A stretch of 64,000 bases of DNA, from NCBI GenBank assembly GCA_002269645.1, contig NIVC01003744.1:1-64000 (forward strand). The letters run 5' to 3'. A model generated the notes under the pieces. It did not search any database and was not told where the DNA came from. It saw only the letters and a program-made list of their open reading frames with translations. This document shows, one piece after another, positions 44,501 through 55,156 of the stretch. The stretch comes from Macrostomum lignano. Its lineage: Eukaryota. Made by a program: the position numbers and the translations under genes. The first letter of the stretch is position 1, and every line of letters starts with the position of its first letter.

Positions 44501-46106
44501 GGCTGGGGGAAAAACAAGTTTTTCTTCCTTTACCCGTCAGGCGCGACTGAACGCAGAGGGGCCCTCTTGGTCCGCTAGGATCCCGCAATGGCAATGCAGG
44601 CAGAGTGCGGCCCGATTTCAGTACAATTCCCAAATACTTTTCTCTTCCTAAATATGGGCTGGCAAAGCCGTGAGTGAGCGAGCGTGCAGAGGCGGCTGGA
44701 ATCCGAACTGGGTGGGCGGAACCCGCGCTTTTTGGTAGCATGCACGGTTTATCTGGATTAGACCGCAGCTACAGATTAAGGGGCACTGTAGTTGGGCTGG
44801 CACGGGTGCAAGTCAGGAATGCGAAAGCAAGGAGGTCGCGGTGGTCGGTTAGCATCGATTTTCGGGTAATTGCCTTTTCCATAGTAGCAAATGGTGCTGC
44901 TTATCTGAACAAAGTGTAAATATCAATTAGTTCCACATTGACTGAGGAAAAGGGTATTGAGCTTCGATAGGTTGAGTCGGATTATCCAGATTATTGCTTT
45001 TGTGGGAAAATAGTCAGTGACAGGGAAGCGAGTGGGGTGCTCAAGAGAGGCCCGCAGCGGACTCGAGGGCAAAGGTGTGCCTCAGTTCTCGCTTCTTCTG
45101 GCTGATCCACAAGCCAGCTGAGCAGAAACTGCATTAGGATGAAATTAACGCAAGTCTGCCTGGTTCTTAGCAAACCGAGAATCAAATTAGAGCCATCCAC
45201 TGGAACTGATTTCATTAGGACGGCTTCTAGGCAGGCAGACTCCTTCCGGATATTCAGTCTGGGCCAAGCATCGAGAGGCTGCCGATGTATTTGCGGCCTG
45301 GAACACAGGATTATAAATAAAAGATGAAGAATTGACAACAACAGGAAATTGAGAAATTCGATCGAGCAGATTCTGTTTCAGGGTCTCAAAAGGAATTATG
45401 CTTGCTGAAAAAACGGGATGACAGGTGACGGGATGACATGCTGGGTGAGCAGCGGCCCTCACTTCCTCATCACATGCACACAACATCGAGTTGCAGGAAT
45501 GCAAGCGGCTTCAATGGCTTGCATGAAAAGATGCGACTGATAATTCCCAATGAGAGTCGGCTGTGATCAGTTTGCATCGCATCTGAGCTCTCGACCCCCC
45601 CCCTCAGATGATTGACGTCCACCTGCAGGTAATTGACAGCAAAGCTTGGATTAAGCTGAGATGCTGGCTCCCCGCCACCGGCCATCCGTGCTGCCTTCAT
45701 CCAACTGATTCCTTCTTAATCCCTTTTTACTTGCTTAGCTGCCCTCTAAACGCCCTCAACGCCCTCAAAGCCCTCAACAGTCCGTCACCTGTGCCGCTTC
45801 CGATAGATGCAAATTTTCTCCGAATCAATGCGAAATTGCTGGTGGCGTCCTTGCGTTCGCCTGGCCTGGCTCTTCTTTGCGTTTGTTTGCTTTTAGGCCC
45901 CAATCAGCGCCCTAAAATGACATTTCTGTGTCCCAAAGAAAGAAAAACTTGATTGAGCTATTGCGAAAAAACCTTAATTTGGCTCTGAGCTTGTAAGCCA
46001 TTTTTGAGAAGCCTCTTGAGCCCAATCTCATATTCTGGTCTCTCGGATAATTCTTGCTGGTGACTGAACTTCAGCTGGCATCCGCTTCCTCCCGGGTGAT
46101 CTGGCT

Positions 46107-46405
<299 letters not shown>

Positions 46406-47106
46406 CATTGTTATATTTATTTATTTTTAAAACTTCAAACCGAAACGATAAAAATACTTTGAAAGACAACAAAGACCCAAAGCAGAAGAAGCTGCTGCTA
46501 GTAGCAGAGTTTTGGCATAGGACACAGCTGTTTTACGAGCTACATGCAAAAGTAACGTTAGTCAGACTGAAAACATGGCAGCGAACTGTACTGAATACTA
46601 GCAGGTGAGGCGGGGCAGGGAATACTCGTACTCTACATCTAGATGAAGAAGCGAGTCTGGACTGAGCTGGGCCAGCTGCTCTTTTAGAGACCTCTTCAGC
46701 TGCTTGAAAAGAAGGCTTGCCATGCGTTTGGTTTTTCTATTTATAAAGTCTTCTAAATAACAAAGCGGGGACCGCAGGGGCAGAGAGTAGCGCCAGAGTC
46801 GAAACCACAGGGCAGTCCGTGAGCGCAGCCAAGGAGAGATAAGAGTTGCGTCTTTGCTTGACTTTTTTGCGCAGTCGGACCGCCACTCTCTGTGTGTTTG
46901 GCCGGTGAAGTTGAGGCGCAAGCGAAGGAAGTGGCGCAGCAAGGCTACTTTCAAGTCTATTTAACAGCACGCAACCTGTCCGTGTTACTTGTAGTAGTGC
47001 GTATGTGCATGAAAGCTAACATATTTGGTAGAGAATGTTTGTTTGAACGAGCGGAGCGCTTCTTTCTTTAGTTCTTAACTTTGCCCAAGCGATCCGTGGC
47101 TTCCCT

Positions 47107-47884
47107 TCTTCTTATTATTATTCTTCTTATTCTTCTTCTTCTTCTTCTTCTTCTTCTTCTTCTTCTTCTTCTTCGGGCGCGCTCGGGCCAGGGCCCATGG
47201 CACCGGCGTCAGACGGCGCCCGCCTTCCCGAGGAAGTTCAACACCGCGACGCAGTTCTCGAAAACTGCCGCGGGCTCCGGGCTTGGTCCCCAGAGGCGGC
47301 AGCGGTGTGGAGTCAGGGCGGGGCAGGAGATCAGCAGATGGGCCGCCGTCTCCTTTCCATCGCCACAGAAGCGGCAGGTGGGGGCCACGTCAACGCCGAT
47401 GGCGGCCTGGAAGCCCCGCAGGGCCGGGCAGCGGTCGGCGCGCAGCTGGCAGATCAGCCGCTCCTGCCGCCGCGTGAGGTCATTCGTCGGCGGAGGCGGC
47501 AGGCGGCCCGCCGTGCAGGCAAGGTGCCAGACCAGCGAGCTCGTGCTCGCCGCCTCGGTGGCCGCCGCGTTGTAGGTCTGGTGCCAGCGGGCGAGGCAGT
47601 GGCGGCGGACGGCAGCCTGCGCGGCAGCCAACGGCACGGGCGCGGTGCCTTGCGCCAGCGTGGAGCCTCGCTTGACGATCTCGTCCACGGCCTCGTTGCC
47701 GGGGATTCCCGCGTGGCCAGGCACCCACTGCAGGTGGACCGAGGTTTTCCGGGCCGCGAGGTCGGCGAGGCTGGCCCAGACGGCGTCGATCATGGTGGCG
47801 CCCGTCGACCCAGGGCCGGACGCGAGCGCGCTGAGCGCGCTCAGGGAGTCAGAGCAGATGCGGACCGGCGACAGCTCTGCCGGG
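47107..47884 (-). mobile_element. 5'-truncated non-LTR retrotransposon (RNase H + CCHC knuckle; I-superfamily-like) with (GAA)n tail
   Basis: Open ORF VRICSDSLSAL...LQWVPGHAGIPGNEAVD...CRFCGDGKETAAHLLISC; (GAA/TAA)n tail at 47107-47173; 14-bp TSD TCCGTGGCTTCCCT at 47093-47106 and 47885-47898. Confidence 0.93.
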
Positions 47885-48169
47885 TCCGTGGCTTCCCTCG
47901 GTGCATGTAACAATTGGCCTTCAATCACGTTTGCACGGGTAGGTAGGTCATAGTGACTGCTCAGGTGAGCGGGTCAGTTGCCGGTGTGACAGGCTTTTTC
48001 AAAAAGAAGTAGAGCAGCAATGAGAAGGCGTTGAAGAGGATAACGAAGGCGGAAGAAAAGATGCAGATGGGTGCATGGCGGAGAAGGTTGCAGAGGAGGC
48101 AAGAGAATAGGCTCACTGTGACGTTCTTCACGTGTCCAAGAGTGAGGTATTCAAGAGCTATTTTTGAGT

Positions 48170-48730
48170 GTGACAAATTCGAGAGTGACTTATTCGAGAG
48201 TGACATATTCGAGAGTGACATATGCGAGAGTAACTTATTCGTGAGTGACATATTCGAAAGTGATATTTTCAAGAGTGTTGATTTTTTCGAAAGTGACATA
48301 TTCGAGAGTGATATATTCGAGAGTGACATATTCGAGAGTGACATATTCGAGAGTGATATATTCGAGAGTGACATATTCGAGAGTGACATATTCGAGAGTG
48401 ATATATTCGAGAGTGACATATTCGAGAGTGACATATTCGAGAGTGACATATTCGAGAGTGACATATTCGAGAGTGACATATTCGAGAGTGACATATTCGA
48501 GAGTGACATATTCGAGAGTGACATATTCGAGAGTGACATATTCGAGAGTGACATATTCGAGAGTGACATATTCGAGAGTGACATATTCGAGAGTGACATA
48601 TTCGAGAGTGACATATTCGAGAGTGACATATTCGAGAGTGACATATTCGAGAGTGACATATTCGAGAGTGACATATTCGAGAGTGACATATTCGAGAGTG
48701 ACATATTCGAAAGTGACATATTCGAGAGTG
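48170..48730. repeat. 15-bp minisatellite (GAGTGACATATTCGA)n
   Basis: Direct reading. Confidence 0.97.
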
Positions 48731-48951
48731 AGACAATCAGTCGCCTCATGCACTCCCAGTTGCCAATTTTTTGCCGCGTGTGCGAGCAAGTTGCCCAGGC
48801 GTTATAGATTAAAATAACGCACTAAATTTGTCTGTGGCCCAACCCGCTCGCCCTGGTCATGCGAGCTGAAGTGAAGCGCTGGCTCGCTGTGCTCAGTCCG
48901 GCGAACTCAAATCCCAGCACTCTAAAAGTACAACAGCAATCAACCAGCAAC

Positions 48952-49272
48952 ATGCCCAGCTGCTACGAAGGAATCTTGAAACGCATCCGCAGGCGCTTTG
49001 TGCCCAAACGCTACCGCTCGGATCAGGAGCAGAAGCAGGAGCAGAAGCAGAAGCAGGAGCAGAAGCAGGAGCAGAAGCAGGAGCAGAAGCAGGAGCAGAA
49101 GCAGGAGCAGGAAGCACCGAAGGAGAAACGTGAGGACGCCATTTTCGATGAGTTTCTGCGGCTTCAATTTGAAGTCCAGAGAAACTTCGAAGAACAGTTT
49201 AGGTGGCGGATGATGGCGGCCTGCGGAGCGCTCCCGTCGGTCGACAGTTACTTCTCCTTTGAGGAGTGGTGA
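48952..49272 (+). CDS. Small intronless ORF of unknown function (106 aa, QEQK repeat)
   Basis: MPSCYEGILKRIRRRFVPKRYRSD(QEQK)n...FSFEEW*; AATAAA at 49390 lies inside an A-rich tract; no recognisable domain. Confidence 0.35.
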   Translation: MPSCYEGILKRIRRRFVPKRYRSDQEQKQEQKQKQEQKQEQKQEQKQEQKQEQEAPKEKREDAIFDEFLRLQFEVQRNFEEQFRWRMMAACGALPSVDSYFSFEEW

Positions 49273-49970
49273 TTGCGGATTCCCGGTGAGCGAGGTGGCA
49301 TTTTGCAAGGGCGTAGGCTAGGACTTCTTGATTGTGGCTGCAATTCGAGAGTTCAATTCTTCAAAAAAATCCTAAAAGCGCAAAAAAGCAATAAAACAAA
49401 AGCAAAAAAACAAAAAAACAAAAAAGCAAAAAAAACAAAAAAACAAAAAAACAAAAAAAAACAATCACTTCTTTTCAATCACTAAAAATCAGACACTAAA
49501 TGATTCCAATGATCCATAACAAATTACTCCAATTTTATTTCTGATTGATCATCTATTTAATCAAAAATTCGATTCATTAATAACCCCCAACCCAGATTCC
49601 ACCCTGCCCCTCGCTCCTCAATAAATCCCCAAACCCCACACCGCCCCGCCCCCCTCGCCCCCCCCGAAATTCGCCGCCCGCAGGTGCAGGTGGTACACCG
49701 GCGGCAGCGCAACGACTGGAATTCTCATTCACTCAAACTTTGCATTCATTTATTTACTCTTTAACATTTTCTCTAATCTCTTCTCCCCCTCCATTTCTAA
49801 TATCTTTCCCGACATTCCCATCCCACTCTCCAGATCTCTTCTAATCCTTCTCTATCAACCCTAAAATAATTCCTCTTCTACTCTCCATCTCCCATTTATA
49901 ACAAAATAACCAGTTTAAAATACACCTGTTCCCTCAATTTACTCTTTAATTTTTCTCTAATCTCTTATTT

Positions 49971-50098
49971 CGCTACTCTTCCCTACAATCACGATTCTTT
50001 GCCATGGACAAGAATCGCGATAGTAAAGAAGAGTAGTGGGTCAAACCTGAAGGAGTTGGAAAGAGTTTGGCTGGCTCTTTTCAACTTCAGACAGGTTT
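49971..50098 (+). ncRNA. Candidate twin-hairpin (pre-miRNA-like) cassette, copy 1
   Basis: Stems CGCTACTCTT...AAGAGTAGTG (49971-50038) and AAACCTG...CAGGTTT (50043-50098) with G:U pairs; duplicated at 50533-50654. Confidence 0.35.
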
Positions 50099-50532
50099 CC
50101 CAAACTCTCTTTATATTAAAAAAATAAATTCTTCATTCCCATTATTTTCCATTCCCGCTAAATTAATTGACCAATTCCAATCACTCACTCCCGTTATTCC
50201 CATCCCCCTCCCCGGATCTCTTCCAATCCTTCTTTATCAACCCTTAGATAACATAACATTATCTGCTAATCTCCTTCTCCCATTTATAACAATCTACTAA
50301 CCTGTTACAAATGCACCTGCTCCCTAATTTTACTCTAATTTTTTCATTAATAACTTCTCCCGCTTCTTTTTCTGCTACCTTTCTCAACATTACCATCCCA
50401 CTCCCCGGAACTTTTTCAATTCTAACAAAATTTATCCCCTCCTCTCAATCTCCCATTTATAACAAACAAACCCTGTTACAAATACACCTGCTCCCTCAAT
50501 TTACTATTTAATTTTTCCGTAATCCCTTCTTT

Positions 50533-50654
50533 CGCTACTCTTCCCTACAATCACGATTCTTTGCCAAGAATCGGGATGGTGAGGAGGAGTAGCGGGTCAA
50601 ACCTGAGGGAGTTGGAAAGAGTTTGGCTAGCTCTTTTCAAATTCAGACAGGTTT
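50533..50654 (+). ncRNA. Candidate twin-hairpin cassette, copy 2
   Basis: The 5' arm of hairpin 1 is identical to copy 1; differences in the partner arm mostly keep pairing. Confidence 0.35.
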
Positions 50655-51402
50655 CCCAATATTAACAATAGAATTTCTTCATCCCCCATTATTTTCCATT
50701 CCCACTAAATCACTCCACCCATTCCAATCACTCCCTATCCCGTTATTCCCATCCCACTCCTCGGATCCCTTCCAATCATTTATCACCCTGACATAATCTC
50801 TCTTCCACTCTCCTCTCATTTATAACAAACTAACCCTGTTTCAAGTACACCTGCTCCCTAATATACTCTTCAATTTTTCTGTAATCCCTTCCTTTCGACT
50901 ATTTTTCCGCCATTCCCATCATACTTCCCGGATCCCTTCCGATCCTTCCCTATCAACCCTAACATAACATAATATTATTCTAACCTAAATTTACTCTCTC
51001 TATATGGTATTAACAAAACAATTTCATCATCCCCCGTTATTTTCGTTTCTTATTAAATTAATTCACCATTCCAATTACTCCCTATCCCGCCATTCCCATC
51101 TCACTTCCCGGAATTTTCCCCACCCTAACATAATTTCTCTTCTCTTCTCCTCTTTTATCTTTTACTATTTATCTCCTATTTATAACAAAACAAACCCTGA
51201 TACAAATACACCTGTTCCCTTATTTTCTCTTTAATTTTTCTTCTTCAACATCTCCAGCTCCTTTTCTACAATTACATGTATTCCGCCATTCATATCATTC
51301 CATTCATATTCCCCGGATCTCTTCCATTTCTCTCTATCTACCCTAAAACCATTTCTCTTCTACTCTTAATCTTTTCAATTATTCTGCTCTTTTCTTTGTC
51401 CA

Positions 51403-54400
51403 ACCGGCGGCAACAGCGGCATCTGCGGCGGCAACAGCGGCGGCAACAGCGGCGGCAACAGCGGCGGCAACAGCGGCGGCAACAGCGGCGGCAACAGCGG
51501 CGGATACAGCGGCAACAGCGGCAACAGCGGCGGATACAGTGGCAACAGCGGCAACAGCGGCGGATACAGCGGCAACAGCGGCAACAGCGGCGGCTGCGGC
51601 GGCTGCGGCGGCAACAGCGGCGGCAACAGCGGCAACAGCGGCAACAGCGGCGGCAACAGCGGCAACAGCGGCAACAGCGGCGGCAACAGCGGCGGCAACA
51701 GCGGCGGCAACAGCGGCGGCAACAGCGGCGGCAACAGCGGCGGCAACAGCAGCGGCAACAGCGGCGGCAACAGCGGCGGCAACAGCGGCGGATACAGCGG
51801 CAACAGCGGCAACAGCGGCGGCTGCGGCGGCTGCGGCGGCAACAGCGGCGGCAACAGCGGCAACAGCGGCAACAGCGGCGGCAACAGCGGCAACAGCGGC
51901 AACAGCGGCGGCAACAGCGGCGGCAACAGCGGCGGCAACAGCGGCGGCAACAGCGGCGGCAACAGCAGCGGCAACAGCGGCGGCAACAGCGGCGGCAACA
52001 GCGGCGGCAACAGCGGCGGATACAGCGGCAACAGCGGCAACAGCGGCGGCTGCGGCGGCTGCGGCGGCAACAGCGGCGGCAACAGCGGCAACAGCGGCGG
52101 CAACAGCGGCAACAGCGGCGGATACAGCGGCAACAGCGGCAACAGCGGCGGCTGCGGCGGCTGCGGCGGCAACAGCGGCGGATACAGCGGCGGATACAGC
52201 GGCAACAGCGGCAACAGCGGCGGCTGCGGCGGCTGCGGCGGCAACAGCGGCGGATACAGCGGCAACAGCGGCAACAGCGGCGGCTGCGGCGGCTGCGGCG
52301 GCAACAGCGGCGGCAACAGCGGCAACAGCGGCGGATACAGCGGCAACAGCGGCGGATACAGCGGCAACAGCGGCAACAGCGGCAACAGCGGCAACAGCGG
52401 CAACAGCGGCGGATACAGCGCCGGCTTCGGCGGCAATAGCGGCGGATACAGCGGCGGATACAGCGGCGGCTTCGGCGGCAACAGCGGCAACAGCGGCGGC
52501 TGCGGCGGCAACAGCGGCGGATACAGCGGCGGCTGCGGCGGACACAGCGGCGGACACAGCGGTGGATACAGCGGCAACAGCTGCGGCTGCGGCGACAACA
52601 ACGGCCGCAACACCGACACACTGGTGACAGCAGTGGGGAGGTGGGAGGACCTGTCGGCGGCGTCGGTGTCATCGGCGTGGTAAGAATCAGTTTGCTCCTC
52701 TGTGTCTCCGAGTTTCTGTTTTCACTTCAATTATTCAGCAAGCTCCTGTCTGTGGTTCTATCGTCTTATCGAATACAGGCGGCAACTGCAGCGGCGATGG
52801 CAGCAGCAGCGGCAAAAGCGGCGGCAACAGCGGCGACGGCGGCAACAGCGGCGACGTCGGCAACAGCGGCGGCAACACCGACACACTGGTGACAGCAGTG
52901 GGGAGGATATTTTTTGGCGGCGTTGGTGTCCTCGGCGTGCAGTGGTAAGAATCAGTTTGCTCCTTTGTCTCTGATTCTCTCTTTGTACCCCAATTATTCA
53001 GCAAGCTCTTTCTGTGGATCTATCGTCTTATCGAATACAGGATGCAATAGCGGCGGCAGTGGTGGAGGCTACAGCGGCGGCAACACCGACACACTGGTGA
53101 CAGCAGTGGGGAGGTGGGAGGACCTGTCGGCGGCGTCGATGTCATCGGCGTGGTAAGAATCAGTTTGCTCCTTTGTGCTCTGATTTTCTGTTTGTAACTT
53201 CAATTATTCGGCAAGCTCTGTCACTGACTCAATCGTCTTTTCGAATGCAGGCGGCAACAGCGGCGGACACAGCGGCGGACACAGCGCGGACACAGCGGCG
53301 GACACAGTGGCGGACACAGCGGCGGACACAGCGGCGGACACAGCGGCGGACACAGCGGCGGCAACAGCTGCGGCAACAGCTGCGGCTGCGGCGGCGGCAA
53401 CAACGGCCGCAACACCGACACACTGGTGACAGCAGTGGGGAGGTGGGAGGACCTGTCGGCGGCGTCGGTGTCATCGGCGTGGTAAGAATCAGTTTGCTTC
53501 TCTGTGTCTCCGAGTTTCTGTTTTCACTTCAATTATTCAGCAAGCTCTTGTCTGTGGTTCTATCGTCTTATCGAATACAGGCGGTAACTGCGGCGGCGAT
53601 GGCAGCAGCAGCGGCAAAAGCGGCGGCAACAACGGCGGCGGCGGCCAAGGCGGCGGTGGCCACAACAGCGGTGGCGGCGGAATCGGCAACAGCGGCGGCA
53701 ACGGTGGCGGCGGCGGCAACAACGGAAGCGGCACGTGTGGCAAGAGCAAGGAACCGTGGACCAGTAGCAGAAGGGAATAAATGAGCTTCAGAAGGATGCG
53801 CACAGGCCACTCGATCGAATTGGCGGCCTACAGGAAACGAATAGCGCTCCAAGAAGAAAGCTTGTGCCGGTGTTGCGGCTTGGAAGTAGATACTATGCAG
53901 CATGTGTGGGACTGCCCAGTGACGGAGGAAAGGAGGAGGGCGTGGTGCTGCAGCGGCATTCGGGCGGTTTGTGAGCAACCGGATGAAGCGCTGAAATACT
54001 GGGAATGGTGGAAAGGTCACCAGCCGGTGGGGGTGTCATGGTGGAGGCTCCTAGCCGTAGTTGACTGGTGGTGGTTGGCATCAACAATAACAACAACAAT
54101 GGCAGTGGCGGCAACAACGGCGGCAGCGGCAACAACGGCGGCAACACCGACTGACTGGCGACAGCAGTGGGGAGGTGGGAGGACCTGTCGGCGGCGTCGG
54201 TGTCATTGGCGTGGTAAGAATCCGGTTGCTCTTTTGTGTCTCCGAGTTGATCTTACCACTCCAACCATTCAGCAAGCTCTTGTCTGCGGCTCTATTGTCT
54301 TATCGAATACAGGCGGCGATTGCAGCATCAGTGGCAACAGCGGCGGCGGCGGCAACAGCGGCGGGGGCGGCAACACTGACAGACTGGTGACAGCAGTGGG

Positions 54401-54760
54401 GAGGTGGGAGGACCTGTCGGCGGCGTCGGTGTCATTGGCGTGGTAAGAATCCGGTTGCTCTTTTGTGTCTCCGAGTTGATCTTACCACTCCAACCATTCA
54501 GCAAGCTCTTGTCTGCGGCTCTATTGTCTTATCGAATACAGGCGGCGATTGCAGCATCAGTGGCAACAGCGGCGGCGGCGGCAACAGCGGCGGGGGCGGC
54601 AACACTGACAGACTGGTGACAGCAGTGGGGAGGTGGGAGGATCTGTCGGTGGCGTCGGTGTCATCGGCGTGGTAAGAATCAGTTTGCTTCTTTGTGTCTC
54701 TGATTCTCTCTTTGTACCCCAATTATTCAGCAAGCTCTTGCCTCTGTGGCTCTGTTTGGC
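51403..54760 (+). repeat. Modular array of GGC/AAC/AGC low-complexity blocks separated by 96-99-nt intron-like spacers (7 modules)
   Basis: GTAAGAATC donor-like sites at 52680, 52945, 53153, 53482, 54214, 54443 and 54672; GAAT(A/G)CAG acceptor-like ends at 52778, 53040, 53250, 53580, 54312 and 54541. Confidence 0.8.
53726..54100 (+). mobile_element. 3' fragment of a non-LTR retrotransposon inserted in the array
   Basis: WTSSRRE*MSFRRMRTGHS...CRCCGLEVDTMQHVWDC (R.RTGH plus CCHC knuckle); (AAC/AAT)n tail; 18/20-identical direct repeats at 53706-53725 and 54101-54120. Confidence 0.75.
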
Positions 54761-55156
54761 TTCATAGTCCATTAAACTGGTTCGGCGCCTGACGTGACAA
54801 AATCAGTGTCTGACTTTTTTAGCCTTCAGCTCTTCACTTAGCTGCAGGACGCATTTCGTGGACTTCCTGTGGTTTTGGAAGTCCCCTAGAGAGTCTGCCA
54901 GTGTTTTGGGCCCATAGGCCTGGCCCGTTTCATACGTCACTGGCGAGCTGAATACACCTTCGCGAGCTGGCCGGCAGCTCGGCCCCATAATAGTTTTTCA
55001 TCTTTTTCATGAGCCGCTACGTTGTATGATTATTTTGATCAGCCAATGACAGAGCGGCACTGCGACTCTGGTCAAATGCAACCCTACGTGCTCATATTAA
55101 GCTTGCCTTCAGATTAAAAAATTTGCGTCTTGCGTCTGCAACATCATCTGAATTCA

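Larger units (their letters stand above)
49740..51400. repeat. Pyrimidine-rich diverged tandem repeat (about 7 units of 150-200 bp) with two embedded twin-hairpin cassettes
   Basis: Recurrent motifs CCGGA(T/A), ATTTATAACAA and CACCTG(C/T)TCCC; G is nearly absent on the plus strand outside the cassettes. Confidence 0.75.

Noticed and set aside
46598-46780. Short minus-strand ORF MASLLFKQLKRSLKEQLAQL...
   Set aside because: About 41 aa with no homology recognised and no supporting gene signals.
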